DNA of 64,000 bases, taken from Octopus bimaculoides (taxonomy: Eukaryota). The position numbers were made by a program, and so were the translations under genes. The stretch spans positions 40,164,749-40,228,748 of the forward strand of contig NC_068982.1 in the NCBI RefSeq assembly GCF_001194135.2, in the 5' to 3' direction. A model generated the notes under the pieces. It was given only the letters and a program-made list of their open reading frames with translations, searched no databases and was not told where the DNA came from. This document shows, one piece after another, positions 52,519 to 64,000 of the stretch (the stretch's first letter is position 1; each line of letters begins with the position of its first letter).

Positions 52519-53134
52519 ATATACATAAAATTATTAAAATTATATATATACATAAAATTATCAGAATGAGATAAAAATACAGGGCTGTGAAAGATTTTAG
52601 AACATTTATAAATAGAAGGTCATGCAGCTATTTCCGGGAAATTTTATATATCCCTTCATCGGAGACAGTGTGAGAAAATGGTTAAGCAATAGATATTTTT
52701 GATAAGATATGAAATAGAGAGTAGAGTGGAGGAATGAAAATAGACCTGAGATATGCAGGGATATTGCATCTGTAGATATATTATTTAGGCATAATGGTAT
52801 ACATATAATATTCCAATACCTTTTGAGTAAGTTCCAATAGTATTTAAAATGAGTCATACCAAGTATAGAGTTTGTACACAGTGTTATTGAATTGAAGGTT
52901 TTATTTAAAGTGACTTAAAAGTTGGGAATTGTTTTATAAATTTGACCGACTTGTATTGAACAAAGTTTTAGAGAGGTTATCAGTCGGCGGGCGCTGGTGC
53001 CTCTCCCATTTTCATTCTTTCTCTTGTATTCATCTTCATTCATTAATGTCCGTGTCCAGTCCGTAGCTTCTTCATGTTTGTTTGTCTTTGTTTTTCCCCT
53101 CTATGTAACGCCGTGTGGCGAATTTTTATATAAT

Positions 53135-53278
53135 AAAGAAGCTTGCTTCCCAACTACATGGTTCCGGTTTCAATACCACTGCCTGGCACCTTGGGCAAAT
53201 ATCTTATACTATAGCCTCGGGCCAACCAAAGTATAGTAAGCGGATTTCGTAGACGGAAAATGAAAACATCCCATATAC

Positions 53279-53280
<2 letters not shown>
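53135..53280 (+). mobile_element. SINE family A, 5' half
   Basis: catggttccggtttcaataccactgcctggcaccttgggcaa..tatagcctcgggcc..gtagacggaaa. Confidence 0.8.
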
Positions 53281-53339
<59 letters not shown>

Positions 53340-53356
53340 TGTCTGTGTGTGTATAA

Positions 53357-53438
<82 letters not shown>

Positions 53439-53822
53439 TTGGAAGGCTTTATGTTTTTCGACCTGTATGAATGAATATATCAAGATTACTTTATATATAT
53501 GTGTGTATGTGTATTTGTGTATATTTGTGTTCGTGAGTGTGTATATGTGTGTGCGCAAATATATATTTGCTTTTGGTTTGTTTGAAACATTAAGTAAGTT
53601 GAAAATATGTCTTTGTTAAAGACATTTCCAATGCAAATGAAGCTATAATAGTGAGTAATGTATTAAAAAATACATCCCTTCAACACGCTAAGTGTTACAC
53701 TAAGGAAAAACTGACAACATTACTTCGTCAAAGTCGGAGTATTTATCACTGCAAGCGAAAAGGTAAATTTGATGGTTCTTATCATAGGCGCATCTATATG
53801 TATTATATATGTATGTGTGCGT

Positions 53823-53878
<56 letters not shown>

Positions 53879-54813
53879 NNNNNNNNNNNNNNNNNNNNNN
53901 NNNNNNNNNNNNNNNNNNNNNNNNNNNNNNNNNNNNNNNNNNNNNNNNNNNNNNNNNNNNNNNNNNNNNNNNNNNNNNNNNNNNNNNNNNNNNNNNNNNN
54001 NNNNNNNNNNNNNNNNNNNNNNNNNNNNNNNNNNNNNNNNNNNNNNNNNNNNNNNNNNNNNNNNNNNNNNNNNNNNNNNNNNNNNNNNNNNNNNNNNNNN
54101 NNNNNNNNNNNNNNNNNNNNNNNNNNNNNNNNNNNNNNNNNNNNNNNNNNNNNNNNNNNNNNNNNNNNNNNNNNNNNNNNNNNNNNNNNNNNNNNNNNNN
54201 NNNNNNNNNNNNNNNNNNNNNNNNNNNNNNNNNNNNNNNNNNNNNNNNNNNNNNNNNNNNNNNNNNNNNNNNNNNNNNNNNNNNNNNNNNNNNNNNNNNN
54301 NNNNNNNNNNNNNNNNNNNNNNNNNNNNNNNNNNNNNNNNNNNNNNNNNNNNNNNNNNNNNNNNNNNNNNNNNNNNNNNNNNNNNNNNNNNNNNNNNNNN
54401 NNNNNNNNNNNNNNNNNNNNNNNNNNNNNNNNNNNNNNNNNNNNNNNNNNNNNNNNNNNNNNNNNNNNNNNNNNNNNNNNNNNNNNNNNNNNNNNNNNNN
54501 NNNNNNNNNNNNNNNNNNNNNNNNNNNNNNNNNNNNNNNNNNNNNNNNNNNNNNNNNNNNNNNNNNNNNNNNNNNNNNNNNNNNNNNNNNNNNNNNNNNN
54601 NNNNNNNNNNNNNNNNNNNNNNNNNNNNNNNNNNNNNNNNNNNNNNNNNNNNNNNNNNNNNNNNNNNNNNNNNNNNNNNNNNNNNNNNNNNNNNNNNNNN
54701 NNNNNNNNNNNNNNNNNNNNNNNNNNNNNNNNNNNNNNNNNNNNNNNNNNNNNNNNNNNNNNNNNNNNNNNNNNNNNNNNNNNNNNNNNNNNNNNNNNNN
54801 NNNNNNNNNNNNN

Positions 54814-54850
<37 letters not shown>

Positions 54851-54979
54851 TATCGTTGGAGCCGCTCTGAATATGCAATATAGATTCATAATTGCTGATG
54901 TTGCCTCCAACTTCTAACTGTTTTTTTACCTTCCTCGTTTCCCGCCTCACTCTTCCAAACCTACACACACAACATATAT

Positions 54980-55300
54980 CCTAATCATCCGCATATCTTC
55001 TATCCTTCTTTCCATCAATAGTCCTTTATATTATGAGTGGCTATGGCTTCTGCCATACTATGCATACTTATTTCTTATAGAGGTTCTAGCCACATCATGT
55101 CTCATCGGTAGATTCGATGTTAACTCTATTATGTCTGCATCGGTTGTCACATTTTACTGCTTTTCCTGCATCTCTATCCCTTTTGTGCATCAAGTACTTG
55201 GTTGATATTTCCTGTTCCTTGATTGCAAGTGCATACCTTTCAAAGTGAGAGGTAATAATCTGGTTATTGGTCCATGGTAGATTGCTTTCGTGATCAATGT
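54980..55300 (-). pseudogene. RLE-type non-LTR retrotransposon fragment (second lineage)
   Basis: Minus-strand ERYALAIKEQEISTKYLMHKRDRD..KCDNRCR..RHDVA, the knuckle-proximal region of R4-related elements. Confidence 0.65.
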
Positions 55301-55389
55301 TACTATCATCTCGGTGCTTCCTACTGACATATCCATGTATGTATGCATGTATATGCACACGCATGTATGTACGTAATTAAACAAACTCC

Positions 55390-56369
55390 TGTGTCGCTAA
55401 TTTATCAAAACAAAAGCAGGAGTTGAACAATTGCATTAGTTTTCGACTTCTCCTTTGCTCGGAACTGCTGAGGTATAGATTGTATGCAGCGTGTTCCAGC
55501 AATAACAAACCCAGTTTTCAATGGTTTCAACGGTGAAGGTAGTGTTAAATGGGCGTGCATTGTCATGCAACAATACCATATGCATTAGTAATAGACCTCA
55601 ACATTTGGTACAAACAGCTGGTTTGTTTGATAGCCAGCATTGACTCTAAACATCTCTCCCAGTTGATGTTCTGGTATGAGTCCCAAAAAACGATTAGCAC
55701 TATTTTTTTCTACAGAAGGTTCGGTCTTGAATTTCGCTAACGATTTCTGGTGTTTCCATTCCATGCTCTGCCTTTTGGATTCTGGCTCACAGTGTTGGAC
55801 CCAGGTATCATCTCCTGTGAATCTTCACCCGCAAAGAGTTTCGACTTCATCGTTGAAGCGGTCGAGTAATCGCTGAAAAATTTGCGTTAGGCGCTTCGGT
55901 AAGCTCTTTTTGCACCCAACTTGCACAGGCTTTACGGAAGCGCAGCTTTTAGATGCAGAATCATCTCTCTCGCTTTTTGAATCTTTATGCCTTGTGGAGA
56001 AGTTGATGGGCATTCTGCTTCATCTACGTTCTTTATGTTTGTCATGCAATTCTTAAATTTCTCGTTCCATTCATTGACACTTCTTCGCTGTAAAGCGCTT
56101 CCCCCAGATTATACTGAAAACCTGCAATGAATATCAGCCACTGACAACTTCAGAGCAGAGAAATCGGATCACTGATATCTGTTTTTTTTTTCTTTTTTTT
56201 TTTTTTTNNNNNNNNNNTTTTTTTTTTTTTTTTTTTTTTTTTTGGTGCTCACTACCAGTGGATCGGCCATGCGTATTCTATAACTCCAGAAAGATAAGTG
56301 AAACAATCAATGTTAAACCCCGGTTACGTAACCACAAAACCACGCGAATAATTTTTGACCCTCCCACGT
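55390..56369 (-). mobile_element. Mariner transposon, 3'-truncated and pseudogenised
   Basis: Minus strand: TIR-like acgtgggagggtcaaaaattattcgc (56344-56369); ATG at 56270 giving MADPLVVSTK..QISVIRFL; CASWVQKELT (WVPxxL); TGDDTWVQHCEPESKRQSMEWKH; LLHDNARP; degenerate YSPDL-like LEHAAYNL. Confidence 0.88.
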
Positions 56370-56911
56370 CTGTCTGTGTGTATGGGTGTGTGTGTGTGTG
56401 TATTTCTGTCCTTAGCTTCTACTTCCTTCAGCAGAAGATAACTCCACAACAGACAATCTGAGTACCCTTCTTGTCGGCATACGCAGTGCAACTTTTTAGA
56501 TAACTTCCACAACGAAGAGTGTTTTTGAGTCCAGGACGACATGAAAAGCGCTTTGTGTAACTATTATAGAAAGTAAGAAAGAATACAATGGTAGCTAATT
56601 GTATCCAAACACTTGCTCGTATTACACACGACTCACATTCGTATTTACACATATACAGGCAAACAACTACATACATACATATATACATACGTACATACGT
56701 ACGTACGTACGTACATAAAATATATATATATATATATATATATACATACATGTAAACGTTCGTGTATGTATTAGGAAAAAGTGTTTGCTTGCCTATCGCT
56801 CTTGATTTTCATTACAATGATGTCAAAAGATATCGAAACAGCAACATAGAAACACAGAAGGAAAAGATATATATACATATGTGTGCGGTGTGTGGGGGTT
56901 GCATGTGTGTC

Positions 56912-56984
<73 letters not shown>

Positions 56985-57109
56985 GTGAAAGTGTGTGTAC
57001 ATGTATAAGTAGCAGCATTCAAATAGTATGTTTCATAGGTTATAAATCAAGTAGAATTCTGTTCAATAGCGAGACAAATGATTTATATTACAACTCATTG
57101 GCGTGACTC

Positions 57110-57485
57110 TATAGTGAGAAGTTTGCTTCCTAGCTACATGGTTCGAGGTTCAGTTGCATTGCTTGGCACCTTGGCCAAGTGCAGATTAAAGCTTGGTGAA
57201 TGGGTTTAGCAGACGGAAACTGAAAGAATCTGTCGTATACATGTGTTTGAGTGTGTGTGTGACTGTGTTTGCGTTTATGTATGTGTGTGTAAATATGTGT
57301 TTGTTCATCACTGCGTCTTCACAACCGGAGCTGGCTTGTTTACATCCACTTAACTTCATGGTTTTGGTAATAAGTGACGATAAAATAAATACCAAGTTTT
57401 AAAAAGTTAGTAGTGGGATAGATGTTTTGGACTAACTCTTAAGATGCTCCAGCATGACTGTACTTCAATGACAGAAACAAGAACG
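57110..57485 (+). mobile_element. SINE family A, older diverged copy
   Basis: tacatggttcgaggttcag, gacggaaactgaaagaatctgtcg, gatgctccagcatgac..gaaacaag. Confidence 0.75.
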
Positions 57486-57507
57486 ATGAAATGTAACGAA
57501 AAAATAT

Positions 57508-58460
57508 AGGCGCAGGAGTGGCTGTGTGGTAAGTAGGTTGCTTACGAACCACATGGTTCCGGATTCAGTCCCACTGCGTGGCACATTGTGTCTTTTAATA
57601 TAACTTCGTATATTAATATATATATATATATATTAATATAGCAAGTGTCTTTTAGTATAGCTTCGGGCCGATCAGAGTTTTGTCAATGGACTTCGGAGAC
57701 AGAAACTGAAAGAAGACCATTATATATATACGCAATGGCCTACTCGCTAGGGCAGCTGACTCGCGGTCGTAGGATCCCGGTATCGATTCCCAGACCGGGC
57801 ATTGTGAGTGTTTATTGAGCGAAAACACCTAATGCTCAACGAGGCCCCGGCAGGAGGTGGTGATCTTTAGTGTACTCTTTCACCACAACCTTCTCTCACT
57901 CTTTCTTCCTGTTTCTGTTGTACCTGTATTTCGAAGGTCAAGCCTTTTCACAATCTGTTTCACGCTGAATTTCCCCGAGAACTACATTAAGGGTACACGT
58001 GTCTGTGGACTGCTCAGTCATTTGCACGTTAGTAAATGAGCTGCGACGTCACTGGTGCCAAGCTGTATCGGCCTTTGCCTTTCCCTTAGATAAAATCGGT
58101 AGCGTAGAGAGGGGAGGCTGGTATGCATGGGCAACTGCTGGTCTTCCATAAACAACCTTGCCCAGACTTGTGCATCGGAGGGAAACTTTGTAGGTGCAAT
58201 CCCATGGTCATTCATGTCCGAAGGGGGTCACAACAAATATATGTATATGTTTACGTGTCTGTGTTTGTCCCCCACCATCGCTTAACAACCGATGTTGGTG
58301 TGTATACGTCCTCATAATTTAACGGTTCGGGAAAAGAGACCGATTAAATAAGTACAAGGCTAACAAAGAATACGTCCTGGGGTCGACTTGTTCGACTAAA
58401 GGCGGTGCTCCAGCATGGCCGAAGTCAAATGACTGAAACAAATAAAAGAATAAAAGAATA
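57508..58460 (+). mobile_element. SINE family A split by a nested insertion
   Basis: Head 57508-57720; tail ~58235-58460 ending (TAAAAGAA)2. Confidence 0.88.
57732..58229 (+). mobile_element. ~500-bp tRNA-headed SINE (family D) nested in family A
   Basis: A-box-like tggcctactcg and B-box-like ggtatcgattcc; inserted in the (TA)n tract of the host SINE. Confidence 0.7.
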
Positions 58461-58497
58461 ACGTAATAATTTACAACGTTTAATATACTAAGTAAGC

Positions 58498-58710
58498 AGG
58501 GCGGTGAGCTGGCAGAAACGTTAGCATCGCGGATAAAATGCTTAGCGGCATTTCATTCACCTTTGCGTTCTGATTTCAAGTTCCACCGTGGTCTACTTTG
58601 CCTTTCATCCTTTCGGGATCGGTAAAATAAGTACCCGTTGAGAACTGGAATCCATGTACTCGACTTAGCCTCTTCCCCGAAATATTTAGCCTTGTGCTGA
58701 AATTTGTAAC
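58498..58710 (+). mobile_element. tRNA-derived SINE family B
   Basis: gcggtgagctggcagaaacgttagc..gcctttcatcctttcggg..aaataagtacc..gccttgtgc. Confidence 0.88.
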
Positions 58711-58824
58711 AAAGATACTAAACAAATGTCCGAAATGGGGTTCCTCCAATGTATCTCAGGAATATTATTACGTCATTGGGTGCGTATCACGGAGATTATG
58801 GGGCCTCTAAAGATTAAGCTATTA

Positions 58825-58960
58825 TTTTCCGATTAAGAGGTGACAGGTGAGGTACGGACATATGATTAGAATATTGAAGAAAAGACTCACAGGACAGATT
58901 CTTCAATGATGGTTACTTCTGATAAGACACTGTGAAAGAGATATCTGAGGACTCTTCCCC
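58825..58960 (+). pseudogene. RTE-like LINE C-terminal remnant
   Basis: KR*QVRYGHMIRILKKRLTGQIL resembles RRLRWxGHVxRMxxxRLxKxI. Confidence 0.35.
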
Positions 58961-60403
58961 CTCGACCTTCCAGGAATTAATGTCCAGAGAAAATGAGTCG
59001 ATGAATCAAAATAAATTATAACTATGGCTTAACGTATGAAATGTTGATGATATGGAGTTATGTCACACAAAATACTTCAAATTTAAGACTTTTGAGGATA
59101 ACGCAGAATTCACCAGATCAAAGGAGTTTGAAAGCAATTTTGTTATAGTTTTTATGGTGCTGAATGACAATAAAGATTAGTAAACTCTCAGGCAGGATTA
59201 GGGCTATGTTAATGAGATTTCAAAATACTTCATAAAATCATAGAGGGCTGTAATATAAATTATAGTGAGGAAAGAAATTAACACCGAGGGATGCAATGAT
59301 GTACGAGATATATATACAAATACTGTAACAAAAATAAGAGAATATATTGGAAAGGAATAAAATATGAGTGAGAAAAATGATTCAACTAAAAAGTAATTAA
59401 AATTTTATCTGATTTAACTTCAAGTCATACAAATTAAATCTTAAAACGATGATACATTTTAGCTTAAATTTTCAATACTCCACAACACGTACACGCACAA
59501 ACATAAAGATTAGATATTGTACCTTTTCCACGTCCACGCGTTCTTTTTTCGCGTTTTTTTNNNNNNNNNNNNNNNNNNNNNNNNNNNNNNNNNNNNNNNN
59601 NNNNNNNNNNNNNNNNNNNNNNNNNNNNNNNNNNNNNNNNNNNNNNNNNNNNNNNNNNNNNNNNNNNNNNNNNNNNNNNNNNNNNNNNNNNNNNNNNNNN
59701 NNNNNNNNNNNNNNNNNNNNNNNNNNNNNNNNNNNNNNNNNNNNNNNNNNNNNNNNNNNNNNNNNNNNNNNNNNNNNNNNNNNNNNNNNNNNNNNNNNNN
59801 NNNNNNNNNNNNNNNNNNNNNNNNNNNNNNNNNNNNNNNNNNNNNNNNNNNNNNNNNNNNNNNNNNNNNNNNNNNNNNNNNNNNNNNNNNNNNNNNNNNN
59901 NNNNNNNNNNNNNNNNNNNNNNNNNNNNNNNNNNNNNNNNNNNNNNNNNNNNNNNNNNNNNNNNNNNNNNNNNNNNNNNNNNNNNNNNNNNNNNNNNNNN
60001 NNNNNNNNNNNNNNNNNNNNNNNNNNNNNNNNNNNNNNNNNNNNNNNNNNNNNNNNNNNNNNNNNNNNNNNNNNNNNNNNNNNNNNNNNNNNNNNNNNNN
60101 NNNNNNNNNNNNNNNNNNNNNNNNNNNNNNNNNNNNNNNNNNNNNNNNNNNNNNNNNNNNNNNNNNNNNNNNNNNNNNNNNNNNNNNNNNNNNNNNNNNN
60201 NNNNNNNNNNNNNNNNNNNNNNNNNNNNNNNNNNNNNNNNNNNNNNNNNNNNNNNNNNNNNNNNNNNNNNNNNNNNNNNNNNNNNNNNNNNNNNNNNNNG
60301 AAATAAAGAGTCTTGCTCAAGCACACACCGTCCGCAAGGAATAGAACTTATGACTTTACGATCGTGAGTCGAATACACCAACCACTAAGCCAGGCTTACG
60401 ATA

Positions 60404-60453
<50 letters not shown>

Positions 60454-61362
60454 TAACTACAAACTTTCATATATACGTAATAGGTTGTATGCACTGTATG
60501 TGAATTTCGATATCTATTTGAATGCGTATTTCTATATTCGACGTGTCTGTGATTGTACATGTGTGTACCTGTGTATTTCATAATTTGGCTTTGTTACAAA
60601 ATAATTTTAAAACTGATCATGAATAATAAATGAACAATCAATATTATAATCCAAACCTGTCTGATTTACCTGCAGAACAGTCATGAATATGCATATTTTT
60701 TTAAATCTCACAATTTATATATTCGTTAGCATCTCGAAAAGATATTCTAGCGATGAATAGCTGCGAACAAGAGACAACATATAACATAAAACAGTATTTA
60801 ATTAATTATATGCAAGAAGATATGTCTTACTATTACACTTTATTTAATAACGTACTAGTCTGTTAATTTCAATTAAAATTTAAATTTATAACATGTCGTG
60901 TCAAAGTTTCTGAATTGCGGTGGAACTACGCGACAAAAATTTCGACAGCTCATGAAAAGAAAAGATTTGAAGAGATTTGGACATCTTTGTGTGATACTAA
61001 ATGTTTCTCTCACAATGTAGCTGCTTCAGGTCCAACACAGTCACTAGGTAAACAATTTGAACGATGAAATACATAGATAGACTTGTTCTCATTTAATTAT
61101 TTTCATGTTGATGGCTATATGTAATTGTGATGATATATTATTGAGTGAAATGGAACGAGGCGTAACGAAGTAGAAATATGATAGTTCAGTTTTCGATATG
61201 GAAATCCCTGAAGTGTAACATATGCAAACTCAGATTTGAATATATAATGGTATTATTGTCTACCACATAATATTACGTAATTTTTGCGCCTAATTGCGAT
61301 TCATACAAGCGTAAAGCAGCATTTCGAAATAAAGTTATAGTATAAATGTGTTAGCATTGATG

Positions 61363-61420
<58 letters not shown>

Positions 61421-61440
61421 AATACATGCGCCCTTTTAAA

Positions 61441-61670
61441 GCCGAGCAGGGCTCATGGGCCCGGTTTCCCGGTTTGAATGGTGTATGTGTTCCCCAGCTG
61501 GACGGGACGCCAGTCCATCGCAGCGTTACTCATTTTTGCCAGCTGAGTGGACTGGAGCAACGGGAAATGAAATGTTTTGCTCAAGAACACAACATGTCGC
61601 CCGGTCCAGGAATCGAAACCACAATCTAACGATCATGATTCTGACACCCTAACCACTAAGCCACACGCCT
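61441..61670 (-). mobile_element. tRNA-derived SINE family C (V-domain-like)
   Basis: Reverse complement: ggcgtgtggcttagtggttag A-box, ggtttcgattcc B-box, gcgatggactggcgtcccgtccag motif. A head fragment of the same family lies at ~60310-60395. Confidence 0.8.
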
Positions 61671-61671
61671 T

Positions 61672-61747
<76 letters not shown>

Positions 61748-62145
61748 TGCATATGCACATATACACATATGCAAATATACACATAAGCGAATGGATAAAC
61801 ATACACATTTATGTATACGTGTGTATTTGTATATATACTTCATAGATTCACCAACTATTTGCACTTATATTACTAATCTATCCCAGTGAAACTCATTGAA
61901 ATTTCTGTGGGCAATTGATATTTGATCGTTGAAACAATTTTTTTTTTTCACATTTTACCTTGTAACCCTTTTATTTTTTTTTTATCTTGACCATTGATAA
62001 ACAAAAAGTTGCCGAAACCGCTTTGGTATTTGAATAAATCTATTACGAAATTTTTAAACATGCAGTCGTTTTGAGATTCACTGCATTTTTAACCCCCAAA
62101 CAAATTCTCATATATTTTCCCTGCTTGGGAATACACTTCTTCCCT

Positions 62146-62685
<540 letters not shown>

Positions 62686-63275
62686 AGTTTCTGTCTAACA
62701 AATCCACTCAAAAGGCTTAACGAGAATTAAGAATTTTTCTCGGTAGGCTACAAATCTCTGTTTCGCAATGCAATTGTTTGGGTATGTTATTCAGGACTCC
62801 ATCCTGTAGTAGTGTTAGACGCAATTTGACCATACAAGTTAATGCACTCAGAATGTAAAGAACCGGAAGCAAAACCATTATTAATTATGTCCAATTCTCT
62901 AACAATCGTACCCATTCACCATTCTGAACTCTTCGTTATATTATCGGTCTTGTAAGGACGAAAGGCAGCATCGGTCTCAGCATGATATGAAATCCAGATC
63001 TAATAAACCGGAAGAAATACCGCAATGTGTTGTCTGACATTCTAACGATTATGCCAAGATCGCTTACTTTAAACATAAAACAATAATTAATGATTATTAT
63101 GCTGAAGACTGCAATATAATCAAAAGATAAATGATGTCTAAGACAGAAAATCGTAAAGAATTAGAATTTGAAACGAGGAAAAAAAATGGAAACAATATTA
63201 ATAGAAAATACCAATATTGTTATATGAAAAAAAAAAAAAGAAATAACAATGAAGATAACAATGATTGTGATGATA

Positions 63276-63308
<33 letters not shown>

Positions 63309-63760
63309 GTAACGATGACGACAACGGCAACAACGAGAATAACAGCGATATTGAAGCTGACAACAACGACGACGAGGTAGAGGAGGAGATTCTTGTTGTG
63401 AAGCATGTTCCTCGTATTTATGATCATGATTTTGATGTTCACTAAAATTATCATTATAGACAGCAACGTAAATAACAACAACAACTAGAACAACAACAAC
63501 AACAGTAACAGCAGCAGAGAAATCAGAAAGCTGTCGTGTCTTTATAAGATGATTACACATCATCATTAAAATGAAGAAAAAAAGAAGAGGCCTCAGGAAA
63601 AGATACTGTACAGTTGGTCTTCTAGATCTATATGTTCTTTGCTTTTTAACTCACTACAATCGATAAAATAAAGTAACAGAGAAGAGTGAGATCGAAGGTA
63701 TAAACTACATCCCGCCAATCAAAATTGCTAGCCTCGTACCTAAATTAGAACGAATTGTTT

Positions 63761-64000
<240 letters not shown>

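Noticed and set aside
57600-57612. Exact 13-bp loxP arm ATAACTTCGTATA
   Set aside because: Only a half-site with no second arm after an 8-bp spacer; an AT-rich 13-mer is plausible by chance.
63131-63445. 104-aa acidic ORF
   Set aside because: Built from (GAT)n/(CAA)n repeats and an A-run; no domain.

Overview
AT-rich, microsatellite-dense eukaryotic DNA from a draft assembly with about a dozen N-gaps. The SINE families and repeat landscape look like an octopus or other coleoid cephalopod genome (inference from pattern recognition). I could not support any intact host gene or exon, and nearly all ORFs in the supplied track are microsatellite or N-gap artefacts. Retroelements: several decayed R4/Dong-like non-LTR retrotransposon copies, all on the minus strand, the best one bounded by (TAA)n tracts; CR1-like and RTE-like LINE remnants; and at least five SINE-like families in more than 20 copies. 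DNA transposons: an internally deleted hAT (Charlie/Buster) element with both TIRs and a perfect 8-bp TSD, a truncated mariner, a DINE-1/HINE-like element and a small Helitron-like element. Least explained structures: (1) a ~625-bp fold-back element with ~200-bp inverted arms around a (CCCTAA)n|(TTAGGG)n palindrome and a candidate 6-bp TSD; (2) two more long-arm inverted-repeat elements; (3) five short repeats carrying minimal hammerhead-ribozyme-like motifs of the type known from Penelope-like elements, one nearly intact and two sharing a core variant. Boundaries of degenerate repeats are approximate.
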